Positions 27,490 to 35,901 of a stretch of DNA of 64,000 bases are shown piece by piece; position 1 is the first letter of the stretch; each line of letters opens with the position of its first letter. The stretch is from positions 96,001-160,000 of IMG/VR virus record IMGVR_UViG_3300009408_000001. One strand, 5' to 3'. Source of the DNA: a virus. The notes under the pieces are model-generated. The model searched no databases. It worked only from the letters and a program-made list of their open reading frames with translations, and was not told the DNA's origin. The translations under genes and the position numbers were made by a program.

Positions 27490-28470
27490 ATGACAAAATG
27501 TGAAGTATATGCAAATCACAAATTCGAAGGATACCTTCGGTTCAGTCAAGATTACATTGTCCTTCTTACCCCCTGTATGGATGATACCATCCGCTGGCAT
27601 AATGTCGTGCCCCCAGAAGGAGTAGATGTAGAGGTACACATTAAGGTAACCCAGGAAATGTTCGCGGCAGAAGGTGTCAAAGCCCTTGATAGACTGTTTA
27701 AACGAGTAACCCCTGAAGAACGGGAAGCCGTGCTTAACGCACACGGTTACGTAGACCTATATGGCGCATCGTACATGGTACACAACGGAACCCTATATTA
27801 CTTCATGGGCGATAACGTGTACACTGTCTTTGAGTTTTATCCCGTTACGGGGATTGTCCGTGATGGTTTGAGTGTGGTTACCACACAATCTTTCAAAGGC
27901 AAACCAATCGGACAGTACCGGGTAAGTCCAGAAAAGCCAGTACCCTTGTTGTTGGACCAAGACAACGAGCTGAACATTCCTAACTTACTCCCTTCCACTA
28001 CCTCCCTCTTGGATTTACAGCAGTTGGTCCGAGTCCCAGTGAGGCGACATTCCGGTGTGGCCAACTGGAACGTGGACATCACAAGAGCAGATACTACAGC
28101 GCACGTGATGCGTATTCACCATGACGATACTGATCTCGAATTTGAAATCGTTAATGGTTCGGTAACGGTGACTTCAGGCGGAGGCATTAGTGAAATAAAG
28201 ATTCAAGATGACCGGGTTGCATATTCCCTATGTCCAGTTGGTAACGACCGGTTATTAATCACATGTACGGATAATACAGTTTGGGAAACCTCTGTCGAGG
28301 GTGAAGTGATGTTAGCAACCCACCCATATGTTCCAGGCTACACGGTAACTGCGGTGTGTACCTTGGACCCTACGGAAGAAGACCCAGCGTGTTTCCGGGT
28401 TGACGCCATTCGTGTGGTAGACGGTGTGTTGGTACGGGGGTTCAACCTGGGTTATCTATTCTTTAGTTAA
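27490..28470 (+). CDS. Hypothetical beta-rich protein
   Basis: GGAGA RBS; 326 aa. Confidence 0.8.
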   Translation: MTKCEVYANHKFEGYLRFSQDYIVLLTPCMDDTIRWHNVVPPEGVDVEVHIKVTQEMFAAEGVKALDRLFKRVTPEEREAVLNAHGYVDLYGASYMVHNGTLYYFMGDNVYTVFEFYPVTGIVRDGLSVVTTQSFKGKPIGQYRVSPEKPVPLLLDQDNELNIPNLLPSTTSLLDLQQLVRVPVRRHSGVANWNVDITRADTTAHVMRIHHDDTDLEFEIVNGSVTVTSGGGISEIKIQDDRVAYSLCPVGNDRLLITCTDNTVWETSVEGEVMLATHPYVPGYTVTAVCTLDPTEEDPACFRVDAIRVVDGVLVRGFNLGYLFFS

Positions 28471-28489
28471 CCGACGACGACATAAATAA

Positions 28490-28601
28490 GAGGCCCTTAA
28501 CGGGGCCTCTTTCTTTTTTACCGTTTCAGACATTATTAAGAACCACATTACCTTACTGATAACACCTCCGTGTTATTTAATCCATTAGGAGATTTACCAT
28601 G
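28490..28601 (+). repeat. Terminator-promoter-palindrome-RBS module, copy B
   Basis: Near-identical to 8562-8673; palindrome ATAACAC-CTCC-GTGTTAT at 28559-28576. Confidence 0.9.
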
Positions 28602-29246
28602 GCTACATTGCTAAAAGTATTCCACATTATCGACCCGTCTGACTCATCGCCAGTTGTCCAACAATTATCTTTCGCGGTGGCAGATACTGACTACACGGTA
28701 GGCGCAGAAGTAATAGGCCACTTGGTGTTAACTTCTTCCATTGCCCAAGTTCGTCCATGGGAAGCACTGGAATGCAGGGTGGTACTTACCACCCCAGATC
28801 TAGTCAAGCTCACACTAACCCGAAAGGAGAACCCGGAAGACGTACATGCTCTCCTCTTTTCGATCGTGCTGGACGCCCTAGAATCAGAACCATCACATAG
28901 TCCTGATCTACGTCGGTACGCAGAGAACCCACAGATGCCTCATCCGGTGTTCCCGTCAATTCCGCCTAGTCCGCACGGTAACCAACCACAACCATTCCAG
29001 AGTTACTGCCATCCCCAACCCCATGTTCATCCTTCTGACTCAGTCTATTCAGCAAAGGGTGCTTTAGATTCCGCAATGGGTGATTTAGATTCCGCAATGG
29101 GTGATTTAGATTCCTCAATGGTTGCTTTAGATAAGTTTATAAATGGACCGAAACAGGGTCCTGCCCCTTCAGGTAAAACCCCCGCCAAACCTACAGAGGA
29201 AGTGAGAGAAACTGACCCGGCTTCTAAGAAACCCACCACGCATTAA
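28599..29246 (+). CDS. Hypothetical protein with P/Q-rich region and heptad repeat
   Basis: AGGAGA RBS; ALDSAMGDLDSAMGDLDSSMVALD. Confidence 0.8.
   Translation: MATLLKVFHIIDPSDSSPVVQQLSFAVADTDYTVGAEVIGHLVLTSSIAQVRPWEALECRVVLTTPDLVKLTLTRKENPEDVHALLFSIVLDALESEPSHSPDLRRYAENPQMPHPVFPSIPPSPHGNQPQPFQSYCHPQPHVHPSDSVYSAKGALDSAMGDLDSAMGDLDSSMVALDKFINGPKQGPAPSGKTPAKPTEEVRETDPASKKPTTH
29058..29132 (+). repeat. 21-bp tandem repeat (about 3.5 units)
   Basis: GGTGCTTTAGATTCCGCAATG / GGTGATTTAGATTCCGCAATG / GGTGATTTAGATTCCTCAATG / GTTGCTTTAGAT. Confidence 0.95.
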
Positions 29247-29289
29247 TAAACAACACGGGTGCTAACCCACCCGTGTACTTGGAGAACAC

Positions 29290-29775
29290 GTGAATACCTT
29301 ACAAATGCTGCAAGTCGACACCATTCTTTTTTCTACTCTTCTCGCCAACGCCCTACCTGTTGGGCACAAAGATAGGCAAGAAGCATTCTTAACCGCCCGT
29401 GCAGTAGAGAGGTCTCTAAAGGGTTCATCTCCACCGGAGTTGATTGATGTACGTGTCCAAAACATCTCCACCCGCAGTAAACTGGACTCCACATTGGATA
29501 ACCTAGACACATTGCAATCGACCTTACCTAGGGTAGATAGGTTACGCGAATTAGTAACTCGGTTAAAGGGAGCTACTGTTACCCTGTCCCTAAAGGAAGA
29601 AACCGTAGTAAAACATGCGGTTGCCCTCATTGGGTCACATTCCATGGTACCTCGTACTTTGTTACAGCGAGGTTTGGTTAAGACCGAGGAAGCGTGGCGT
29701 CGGGTTTCCGAGAAGCAACGAGAGAAAGATACAGAAGTAACCCACCGTAACCACCTACCTACCTGGGCAAAGTAA
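29290..29775 (+). CDS. Hypothetical helical protein
   Basis: GGAGA RBS with GTG start. Confidence 0.7.
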   Translation: MNTLQMLQVDTILFSTLLANALPVGHKDRQEAFLTARAVERSLKGSSPPELIDVRVQNISTRSKLDSTLDNLDTLQSTLPRVDRLRELVTRLKGATVTLSLKEETVVKHAVALIGSHSMVPRTLLQRGLVKTEEAWRRVSEKQREKDTEVTHRNHLPTWAK

Positions 29776-29951
29776 CCCATTGTATGTATAAGCTATTCTC
29801 CTGAGTAGTCCATTTGTGGTGGATGGAAACAGGCCTCAGGCGAGCACATGTATATGTGACATTCACACCCTTCCGTGTATCGGAAACGTTGTGCGACATG
29901 TACCGCTGTGTCCATATGTCTGAGAACCTGTTGGTAAATGGTGGTACTTGA

Positions 29952-29982
29952 GAGGCCCTTCACGGGGCCTCTTTCTTTTTTT
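29952..29982. terminator. Terminator of the repeated GAGGCCC family
   Basis: GAGGCCCTTCACGGGGCCTC + T tract between convergent genes. Confidence 0.85.
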
Positions 29983-29986
29983 GCCG

Positions 29987-30715
29987 TTAACGCGGTACAA
30001 ACATACCGGTGTACGTCTGGGCTTGTTTCTTATCTGCAAACACGTTTATTTTTTTCCATCGTTTCATCTCCGTCTCTTCGTACAGTTCAAATGAGTCAGC
30101 GTACTCGTCTACAATACTTCGTATGTGTTCACTCATGTTACCGTGGCTGAAGGCACTGAACCCGGTTGACAACGATAACTCCTTATGAACATAACCCTTC
30201 GCTGCCAACACACACAGTTTACCAAACTGCATCTGACTGGATACTGGTAGGTTGTGTAAGTTGGCATCGTGTGATAAGATGTAGCGTAATGCCACATGGG
30301 GGGATAACATTGTTTGAGGGGTAGCAATGGTGTTCGGCCCTACCAGGTAAACCTTTTCCGTACCCGGATGATTTGCATTCCCCATGGTACCTTCTGGGTG
30401 GATCGGTCCACGGTTAATAATAGCCAGTGGCTGTAAGATACTCCTCCCGTTTAACAGATCACTGGGTATAACCCACTGTGTCCCAGTTGGGTAGGTCTGG
30501 CGCGGGATGTTGGTTAAGTCCATTACCAATCGTTCACCAGTTACCATGAGTACATCTTTGAGTACAATGCCTCGTATGATCTCACTTACGATGCGGTCAT
30601 CGAGAGAGGCGATTTCGTATTGTCCTACGTTACGCCCGAATAAAGTCCGTTGAAGGATCTCTGTGTTTATCTCCCGGTAGATCCGGTCCAGACCATACTG
30701 AATGTGCGCCGACAT
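29987..30715 (-). CDS. Conserved hypothetical protein, possibly virion structural
   Basis: AAGGAGA RBS; 242 aa; lies near phuZ as in related phages. Confidence 0.65.
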   Translation of the reverse strand: MSAHIQYGLDRIYREINTEILQRTLFGRNVGQYEIASLDDRIVSEIIRGIVLKDVLMVTGERLVMDLTNIPRQTYPTGTQWVIPSDLLNGRSILQPLAIINRGPIHPEGTMGNANHPGTEKVYLVGPNTIATPQTMLSPHVALRYILSHDANLHNLPVSSQMQFGKLCVLAAKGYVHKELSLSTGFSAFSHGNMSEHIRSIVDEYADSFELYEETEMKRWKKINVFADKKQAQTYTGMFVPR

Positions 30716-30816
30716 AATTTGTCTCCTTATAAGTACATACGATCCACTACAAGCACATTACCTTTTAGACCGGGGTTAAATAAAGTAGAGCCATCCACCG
30801 GGTAAAAGGGATAAAT

Positions 30817-31434
30817 ATGTCTAACCAAACAATGCCGATCACGTATGTAGAAACATACGTACCCACCATAGGGTGGAAACAACTGGAACATTCGCTTAAT
30901 CTGGAACAAACCAGAAGCCTTTCATATTGGCTAACGGGTTATGGTAAGTGTAGCTACATGTACGGTGACCCAGACGGTAACGATCTAGTTGCATTACAGT
31001 TAGATAGGGGGCTCCCTTCTGGAAACCCATATTCGATAGACAGGTATGGTGTCTGTGTATTATCGCCTCCTGCCGGAAAGGAACACCTGGGTGACTATGG
31101 GTTCGGTTGGTTAACCTCAACGGAAGTAATCGAAGCACATGTTACACTACCCATGTATACTGGGAGAGGCATTATTTCCATAGCGGACTACAACGACATG
31201 CAAGAAGGAGACGCGCCCCCAGGCATCCCCGATATTTACCTAGCCGGGGACATGGTCGTGGTGTCTACCCCGGGTACAATAACCGAGTTAACGACGCACG
31301 TTAACGTCGAATGGAAAATCGACGTAAGTGCAGAGTTCAAACCCTTCGTAGACAGCCTAAAGAAACTGCATTACGAGGTGGGAGAAGTCCGACTTATCTT
31401 CGGATACGTGAAAACCAGGTCCAACCATTATTAA
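30817..31434 (+). CDS. Hypothetical protein
   Basis: 205 aa; CACATTACC motif at 30754-30762 upstream. Confidence 0.7.
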   Translation: MSNQTMPITYVETYVPTIGWKQLEHSLNLEQTRSLSYWLTGYGKCSYMYGDPDGNDLVALQLDRGLPSGNPYSIDRYGVCVLSPPAGKEHLGDYGFGWLTSTEVIEAHVTLPMYTGRGIISIADYNDMQEGDAPPGIPDIYLAGDMVVVSTPGTITELTTHVNVEWKIDVSAEFKPFVDSLKKLHYEVGEVRLIFGYVKTRSNHY

Positions 31435-31500
31435 GAACTACATTACCAACATGATAACACGTCCGTGTTATTCTTTCCATTTGGAGCTACATCTAACATG
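31426..31500 (+). promoter_or_regulatory. Promoter-palindrome-RBS module upstream of phuZ
   Basis: CATTATTAAGAACTACATTACC, ATAACAC-GTCC-GTGTTAT (31454-31471), CCATTTGGAG. Confidence 0.85.
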
Positions 31501-32535
31501 AGCAAAAACACCACAGAAAAACGAACCGTTGTAACCGTATATGGTTGTGGCGGTACTGGCGTGAACCATATCTTGCATTCCACTGGCACCCCGTTGGCTG
31601 AGCAGGAAAGTGGGCTTTACCCCATGATGAAATATGTCGGGATTGATTCGTCGGCATCTAACTGTCGCAACTACATGGATGCAGCAGACGCCGCTGGTAT
31701 TCCAATTCACCTGTTAGCAGGTGAGATGGGGTTCGGTATGAATCGCCCTCAGGCTGTAAAGAAGTGCAGTCCCCACATCATTCCAATCTTACGGGATTAC
31801 CCACCTACCGATTTCAACATCCTGATTGGGTCTGCTGGTGGAGGAACAGGTTCAGTATTAGTCCCACTGATTGCTAACCAGTTACTGGAACGGAATATTC
31901 CATTCATCATCATGTTGGTTGGTTCCCGGTGTACATCAAGGGAAGCACAGAACACACTAGATACCCTCACCGGTATCCGCAATGCAGCTCGGAAACACCA
32001 GACACCCATCGAGTTGTGCTATTTCGAAAATGGCAAGAACGACGAGAAGGGCCAAGACTGGGTTGGTACCATCCCAGAGGTAGACCGTCGGATGGATGCT
32101 ACCTTCCGAAGTAATCTTCTGTTACTCGCCGGTACCTGCGAGCGCTTGGATAACACAGATGTCCGGAACTTCCTGGACTACACATCCGTGGTTTCTTCTG
32201 ACATCGCCCCTCAGTTGGTTCGGTTGATTCCGTTCGTGATGGACGGTGAAAATGCACCTTGGAGCGAGTATGCCCGTAAGACGATTACCTCGGTAAACCT
32301 GATGCGTTCTCCCGGTGACGATGAAGCACCTGTGGATGCATTATATGGGACCGTGGGTTTGTACGGGGAAGACACGCATCCTTCCTCAATTCCGAACTAC
32401 GCCTTCATCACTACGACGGAAGGTGTCTCTACTATCTTCTCCGAACTGAAAGCAAAGGTGGAGATGTTCAAGGAGATCGAAGAAGAACTCACCACCACTG
32501 ACGTAGACGAAGACTGGGGTGAATCACTCATCTAA
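31498..32535 (+). CDS. phuZ: Phage tubulin PhuZ
   Basis: GCGGTG (T1), tubulin signature GGGTGS, LDNTD (T7 loop), acidic C-terminal tail; start at ATG 31498. Confidence 0.93.
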   Translation: MSKNTTEKRTVVTVYGCGGTGVNHILHSTGTPLAEQESGLYPMMKYVGIDSSASNCRNYMDAADAAGIPIHLLAGEMGFGMNRPQAVKKCSPHIIPILRDYPPTDFNILIGSAGGGTGSVLVPLIANQLLERNIPFIIMLVGSRCTSREAQNTLDTLTGIRNAARKHQTPIELCYFENGKNDEKGQDWVGTIPEVDRRMDATFRSNLLLLAGTCERLDNTDVRNFLDYTSVVSSDIAPQLVRLIPFVMDGENAPWSEYARKTITSVNLMRSPGDDEAPVDALYGTVGLYGEDTHPSSIPNYAFITTTEGVSTIFSELKAKVEMFKEIEEELTTTDVDEDWGESLI

Positions 32536-32548
32536 CTAACCAACTGAC

Positions 32549-33613
32549 ATGGGGAAACCTGTGTCAGTTCATGGAGGGAGTCATTTGGACACTACCCCTA
32601 GGAACCTTATTTATTTTAGGGTACCACAGGAATTTACAGACCGCTTGATTCAAGTGTGTACATGGGCCATGCAGTCCAGGGACTTTCACATGTTTAACCC
32701 GTTGGATCAATACGGCAACGACATGACTACGTATGCATCTGGGTTCTGTAATCAAATCCTTGCAAACTCGCTAGGTGGGCGTAACTCCTTTGATGGTCTC
32801 GATCCCAACATGACATGGGATATTGACTTGGCAATGCAGGATGATGTAGATGTACTTTTAACGGCTATTCCGTATTCCTTGCGGACGAGTTGTAACCAGG
32901 TAGACAGGGTTCGATTTATGGAGAGCAGCAGTGAGTTAGAAGTCGTGTACTGTGGTAAGAACATTCCAGTTGGTACACGGGTCATGATACGGGTAGACCG
33001 GGTGTCAGAACAATTGGCCTCTTCTGTTCGATACCTTAAAGAAACAGGAGCGTTTCCAAAGGTACTTGATGTGAATTCCTTTGCAAGAACCTATGTGTTG
33101 TCCCTTTTAGCAGACATGGTTGCCGCTGGGTTACACGGGGAGTTAGGAATTGGGTCCATTTCACGCACCCGAGAGTTTGTTAACTTAAGGTTGTCCATGG
33201 TTGCAGTTGGGTACGGGGAAGACACTCGCGTTGACTATCTCGCTAGCATGGCGGATGTCGGGTGGTCGGGAACACACTCCTCAGCCCCATGTGGACACTC
33301 CCAGGGTATTTACATACATTACAAGGAGTACGACAAAGTCTTGGAGCAGTTAGAGTCAGGGATAGCGGAGTCCGTTCGGGTAGACACACACCTTAAAACT
33401 AACTTCCCATGTGTGGTTGCATTCGTGGAGTATATTCGTAACTTATTCACAGACAACCACTTTGACTTCTGGACCTCAGAGGCACTCGGTGAAAATGTAC
33501 TTCTTACCTACAGTGGGGATTATCGAATTGTCGAATGGGAATTAAATAGGGACCGGGATAGGTATACATGTGGAACATACACCACTGAAGAACTTAACGG
33601 AGGCAACCGATGA
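32549..33613 (+). CDS. Hypothetical protein
   Basis: 354 aa, in operon after phuZ. Confidence 0.75.
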   Translation: MGKPVSVHGGSHLDTTPRNLIYFRVPQEFTDRLIQVCTWAMQSRDFHMFNPLDQYGNDMTTYASGFCNQILANSLGGRNSFDGLDPNMTWDIDLAMQDDVDVLLTAIPYSLRTSCNQVDRVRFMESSSELEVVYCGKNIPVGTRVMIRVDRVSEQLASSVRYLKETGAFPKVLDVNSFARTYVLSLLADMVAAGLHGELGIGSISRTREFVNLRLSMVAVGYGEDTRVDYLASMADVGWSGTHSSAPCGHSQGIYIHYKEYDKVLEQLESGIAESVRVDTHLKTNFPCVVAFVEYIRNLFTDNHFDFWTSEALGENVLLTYSGDYRIVEWELNRDRDRYTCGTYTTEELNGGNR

Positions 33614-34119
33614 TTAATCCGGAACACAGACCGAGAACAGGGGTATTCTCTTCTGTACCAGTGGACAGGGTCATAACGGATAACATCCGTAGGCTCGGCC
33701 GGGAAAGGAAACCAGACCTAATCGTACCAAGGATCGTGTCTAGGGCGCTCAACGATAGGTTTGGTACAGGTGGGTATTACAGTGGAATAACCCCCCTGGA
33801 GGAACTTAGGGACCAGTTCGACCTGACGGAGTGTCAGGCCGGGTACCTTTTTTCTTTTGTTGAAAATTGGACAGACGGAGTTAGGGAGAAAATGGAAGAG
33901 CTGGCCAGTCTATCTGGAGTAGGACCCGGGTATGAATTTAAGATCGCGGTCAAGCGGTTTGCCCGGTTTTATATAACTATATTACCACTTAGAGTAGAAG
34001 TCACTCTTCCCGATGGTTACCCAGACCAAACTGATTCTGGATGGGAACCCCGACAGCGTTTAGTAGAAAGAGAGTATGACGGAAACTGGTACCCGGAAAA
34101 CGCCAGGTACCACACATAG
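33610..34119 (+). CDS. Hypothetical protein
   Basis: ATGA overlap, GGAGG RBS. Confidence 0.75.
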   Translation: MINPEHRPRTGVFSSVPVDRVITDNIRRLGRERKPDLIVPRIVSRALNDRFGTGGYYSGITPLEELRDQFDLTECQAGYLFSFVENWTDGVREKMEELASLSGVGPGYEFKIAVKRFARFYITILPLRVEVTLPDGYPDQTDSGWEPRQRLVEREYDGNWYPENARYHT

Positions 34120-34129
34120 GAGAGTACAA

Positions 34130-34564
34130 ATGGCAGACTTAACCCACGTGCTTTCAGTAAACAGACTGAGACGACAGATCCACCATATGTTGGAAGTAGT
34201 GGACCCCCATAAAAGTAAGACAATGAATGCAGACACTATGATCGAAGAAGCGGTGAACGATGTTCTCTATCCGGACATGCCTGAACAATGGACAGGTGTA
34301 CATAACCTGTCAAAGGTGATCTCTGACTTTGATATGTCTTCGGTTCAAGCTCAGGCTTTCTCGGACACCGTGACAAAAACAACCGAGTCAATCATGGAGA
34401 TAACCTGCCCCGCATCGGAAAGGACCGAAAGGTTACCCATGCATATTGAATGGAGGGACAGTGATACACTACTACTTCACATCGTGGATGTTGATGATAT
34501 TGATTACGACGATGACATGGAGCACTATCCGGAGGATGGCCCAGATTGGCTTAATTATGACTAA
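34130..34564 (+). CDS. Hypothetical protein with acidic tail
   Basis: AGGAGA RBS before ATG 34130. Confidence 0.75.
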   Translation: MADLTHVLSVNRLRRQIHHMLEVVDPHKSKTMNADTMIEEAVNDVLYPDMPEQWTGVHNLSKVISDFDMSSVQAQAFSDTVTKTTESIMEITCPASERTERLPMHIEWRDSDTLLLHIVDVDDIDYDDDMEHYPEDGPDWLNYD

Positions 34565-34940
34565 CGTAACTACGGTTATCATGAACCAACCCGGCCTATC
34601 CCATGCATGGGATAATGTGACCCAGGAGATTATTCCATCCATCGAGTACGTTTACCTAGGGTTACTAACCGGTGATGTAGACCGGAACATTTCCGAGGTT
34701 ATGGATTATGTGAACACAGGAATGCTGTATGACGAAGAGTACGTGGAATACTCGAAGGATATCCTGTTTCCTGTATTCAGGAAGATAGTACATGGTTACA
34801 GTGAGATGGTGGTCTCACCCTGGGACGATATATATCTGGCTGCGTTCGGATCAGTAGAGGTTTTATCCTGTAACACGATAGCTATACATTGTAATCCTAC
34901 CGAAGAGGAAGTGTCTAACTTAATGAGGATGGCTACATGA
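34557..34940 (+). CDS. Hypothetical protein
   Basis: ATG 34557 overlaps the upstream stop. Confidence 0.7.
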   Translation: MTNVTTVIMNQPGLSHAWDNVTQEIIPSIEYVYLGLLTGDVDRNISEVMDYVNTGMLYDEEYVEYSKDILFPVFRKIVHGYSEMVVSPWDDIYLAAFGSVEVLSCNTIAIHCNPTEEEVSNLMRMAT

Positions 34941-35413
34941 CGTCAACAGAACTTATTCCAAAACCACTGGTGGTAATGATAAATCACCCTGGAATTTCCG
35001 CAGCACTGGATGAACTCGCTTCCGACCACGTAGACGTTAATTTAGGTACCAGGGGTTTGTATGGGATCGACCCGTATCTGGTGCTTACGTTTATGTATGG
35101 TCGGGCTATCTTATCACCGGACTTCGGTAACAACCAACAGGAACTTGTGGAGAACCTATATGGCCAGACCGAAGTTTTCCTCTATCCTGTCGAAGGACCT
35201 ACTACTGGGCTCCAATGGCCTCATGGTAGTAGTGGCGGAAGTGTTAAATGGAAGGAACGCTTGGTACGGTTTTCGACTCGAACCGCACCAAGACTTAATC
35301 AGGTTGTAGAACCTATCGCACGTGTATTGCCGAATGGGTACACGGTATCGGAAGTATACCCACACCACGGAGACTGTTTAATGGTCTGCCTGGAGGACAA
35401 CAATGGCTATTAA
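34937..35413 (+). CDS. Hypothetical protein
   Basis: ATGA overlap. Confidence 0.7.
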   Translation: MTSTELIPKPLVVMINHPGISAALDELASDHVDVNLGTRGLYGIDPYLVLTFMYGRAILSPDFGNNQQELVENLYGQTEVFLYPVEGPTTGLQWPHGSSGGSVKWKERLVRFSTRTAPRLNQVVEPIARVLPNGYTVSEVYPHHGDCLMVCLEDNNGY

Positions 35414-35819
35414 AGACCTATCCCCTGGTGACAGGGTCAATTTCACCATGTACGCCAGCATCGCTGGAACAAACCGAATAAGCGGTGTCGTAAACTCCGT
35501 ATCAAACTACACGGGTCTTCCAATTGGTAACACGGTCAATACTGACCATGTTAACCTATACAGAGAAGTACCAATTGAGAACAAGGGTAGTATGGGAGCG
35601 GGTCCAGAGGGGTACCTGTACCTAGTGGTAACACAAGACACTGGTGAAATACTTGCATGTGGGTTCCCCTGGATAATTGAAAGCACGCTTGTATCTAACA
35701 TCTCAAGGAAGCTGGTTATTGAAATAGCCGACTTTCAAGACGGGGACGACATCTTCGTTCGTAACATTCTGGAAGTAAAGGGGTATAAGGTTTCCTCTTC
35801 GGAAATTGTACAGTCGTAG
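35403..35819 (+). CDS. Conserved hypothetical protein (phiKZ gp49-like)
   Basis: GGAGG RBS; directly upstream of the PolB gene. Confidence 0.65.
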   Translation: MAIKDLSPGDRVNFTMYASIAGTNRISGVVNSVSNYTGLPIGNTVNTDHVNLYREVPIENKGSMGAGPEGYLYLVVTQDTGEILACGFPWIIESTLVSNISRKLVIEIADFQDGDDIFVRNILEVKGYKVSSSEIVQS

Positions 35820-35901
35820 GATAAGAGGGCTTTCGGGCTCTCTTTTTTATGTTGTTTTACGGGTAGGTACGATGGTGTATACCACAATGGAGACTGTACA
35901 C

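Noticed and set aside
4032-29949. Stop-codon reassignment suggested by short frames broken by TGA/TAA (near 4032, 8378, 26510, 29784)
   Set aside because: All three stops end well-supported core genes, often with ATGA overlaps. These are more likely decayed or spurious ORFs.
8641-31497. Track starts at 8641, 26788 and 31465 giving similar MLF(N/F)(P/S)FG N-termini
   Set aside because: Artefact of reading the repeated leader as protein. The real starts follow the GGAG RBS at 8671, 26818 and 31498.
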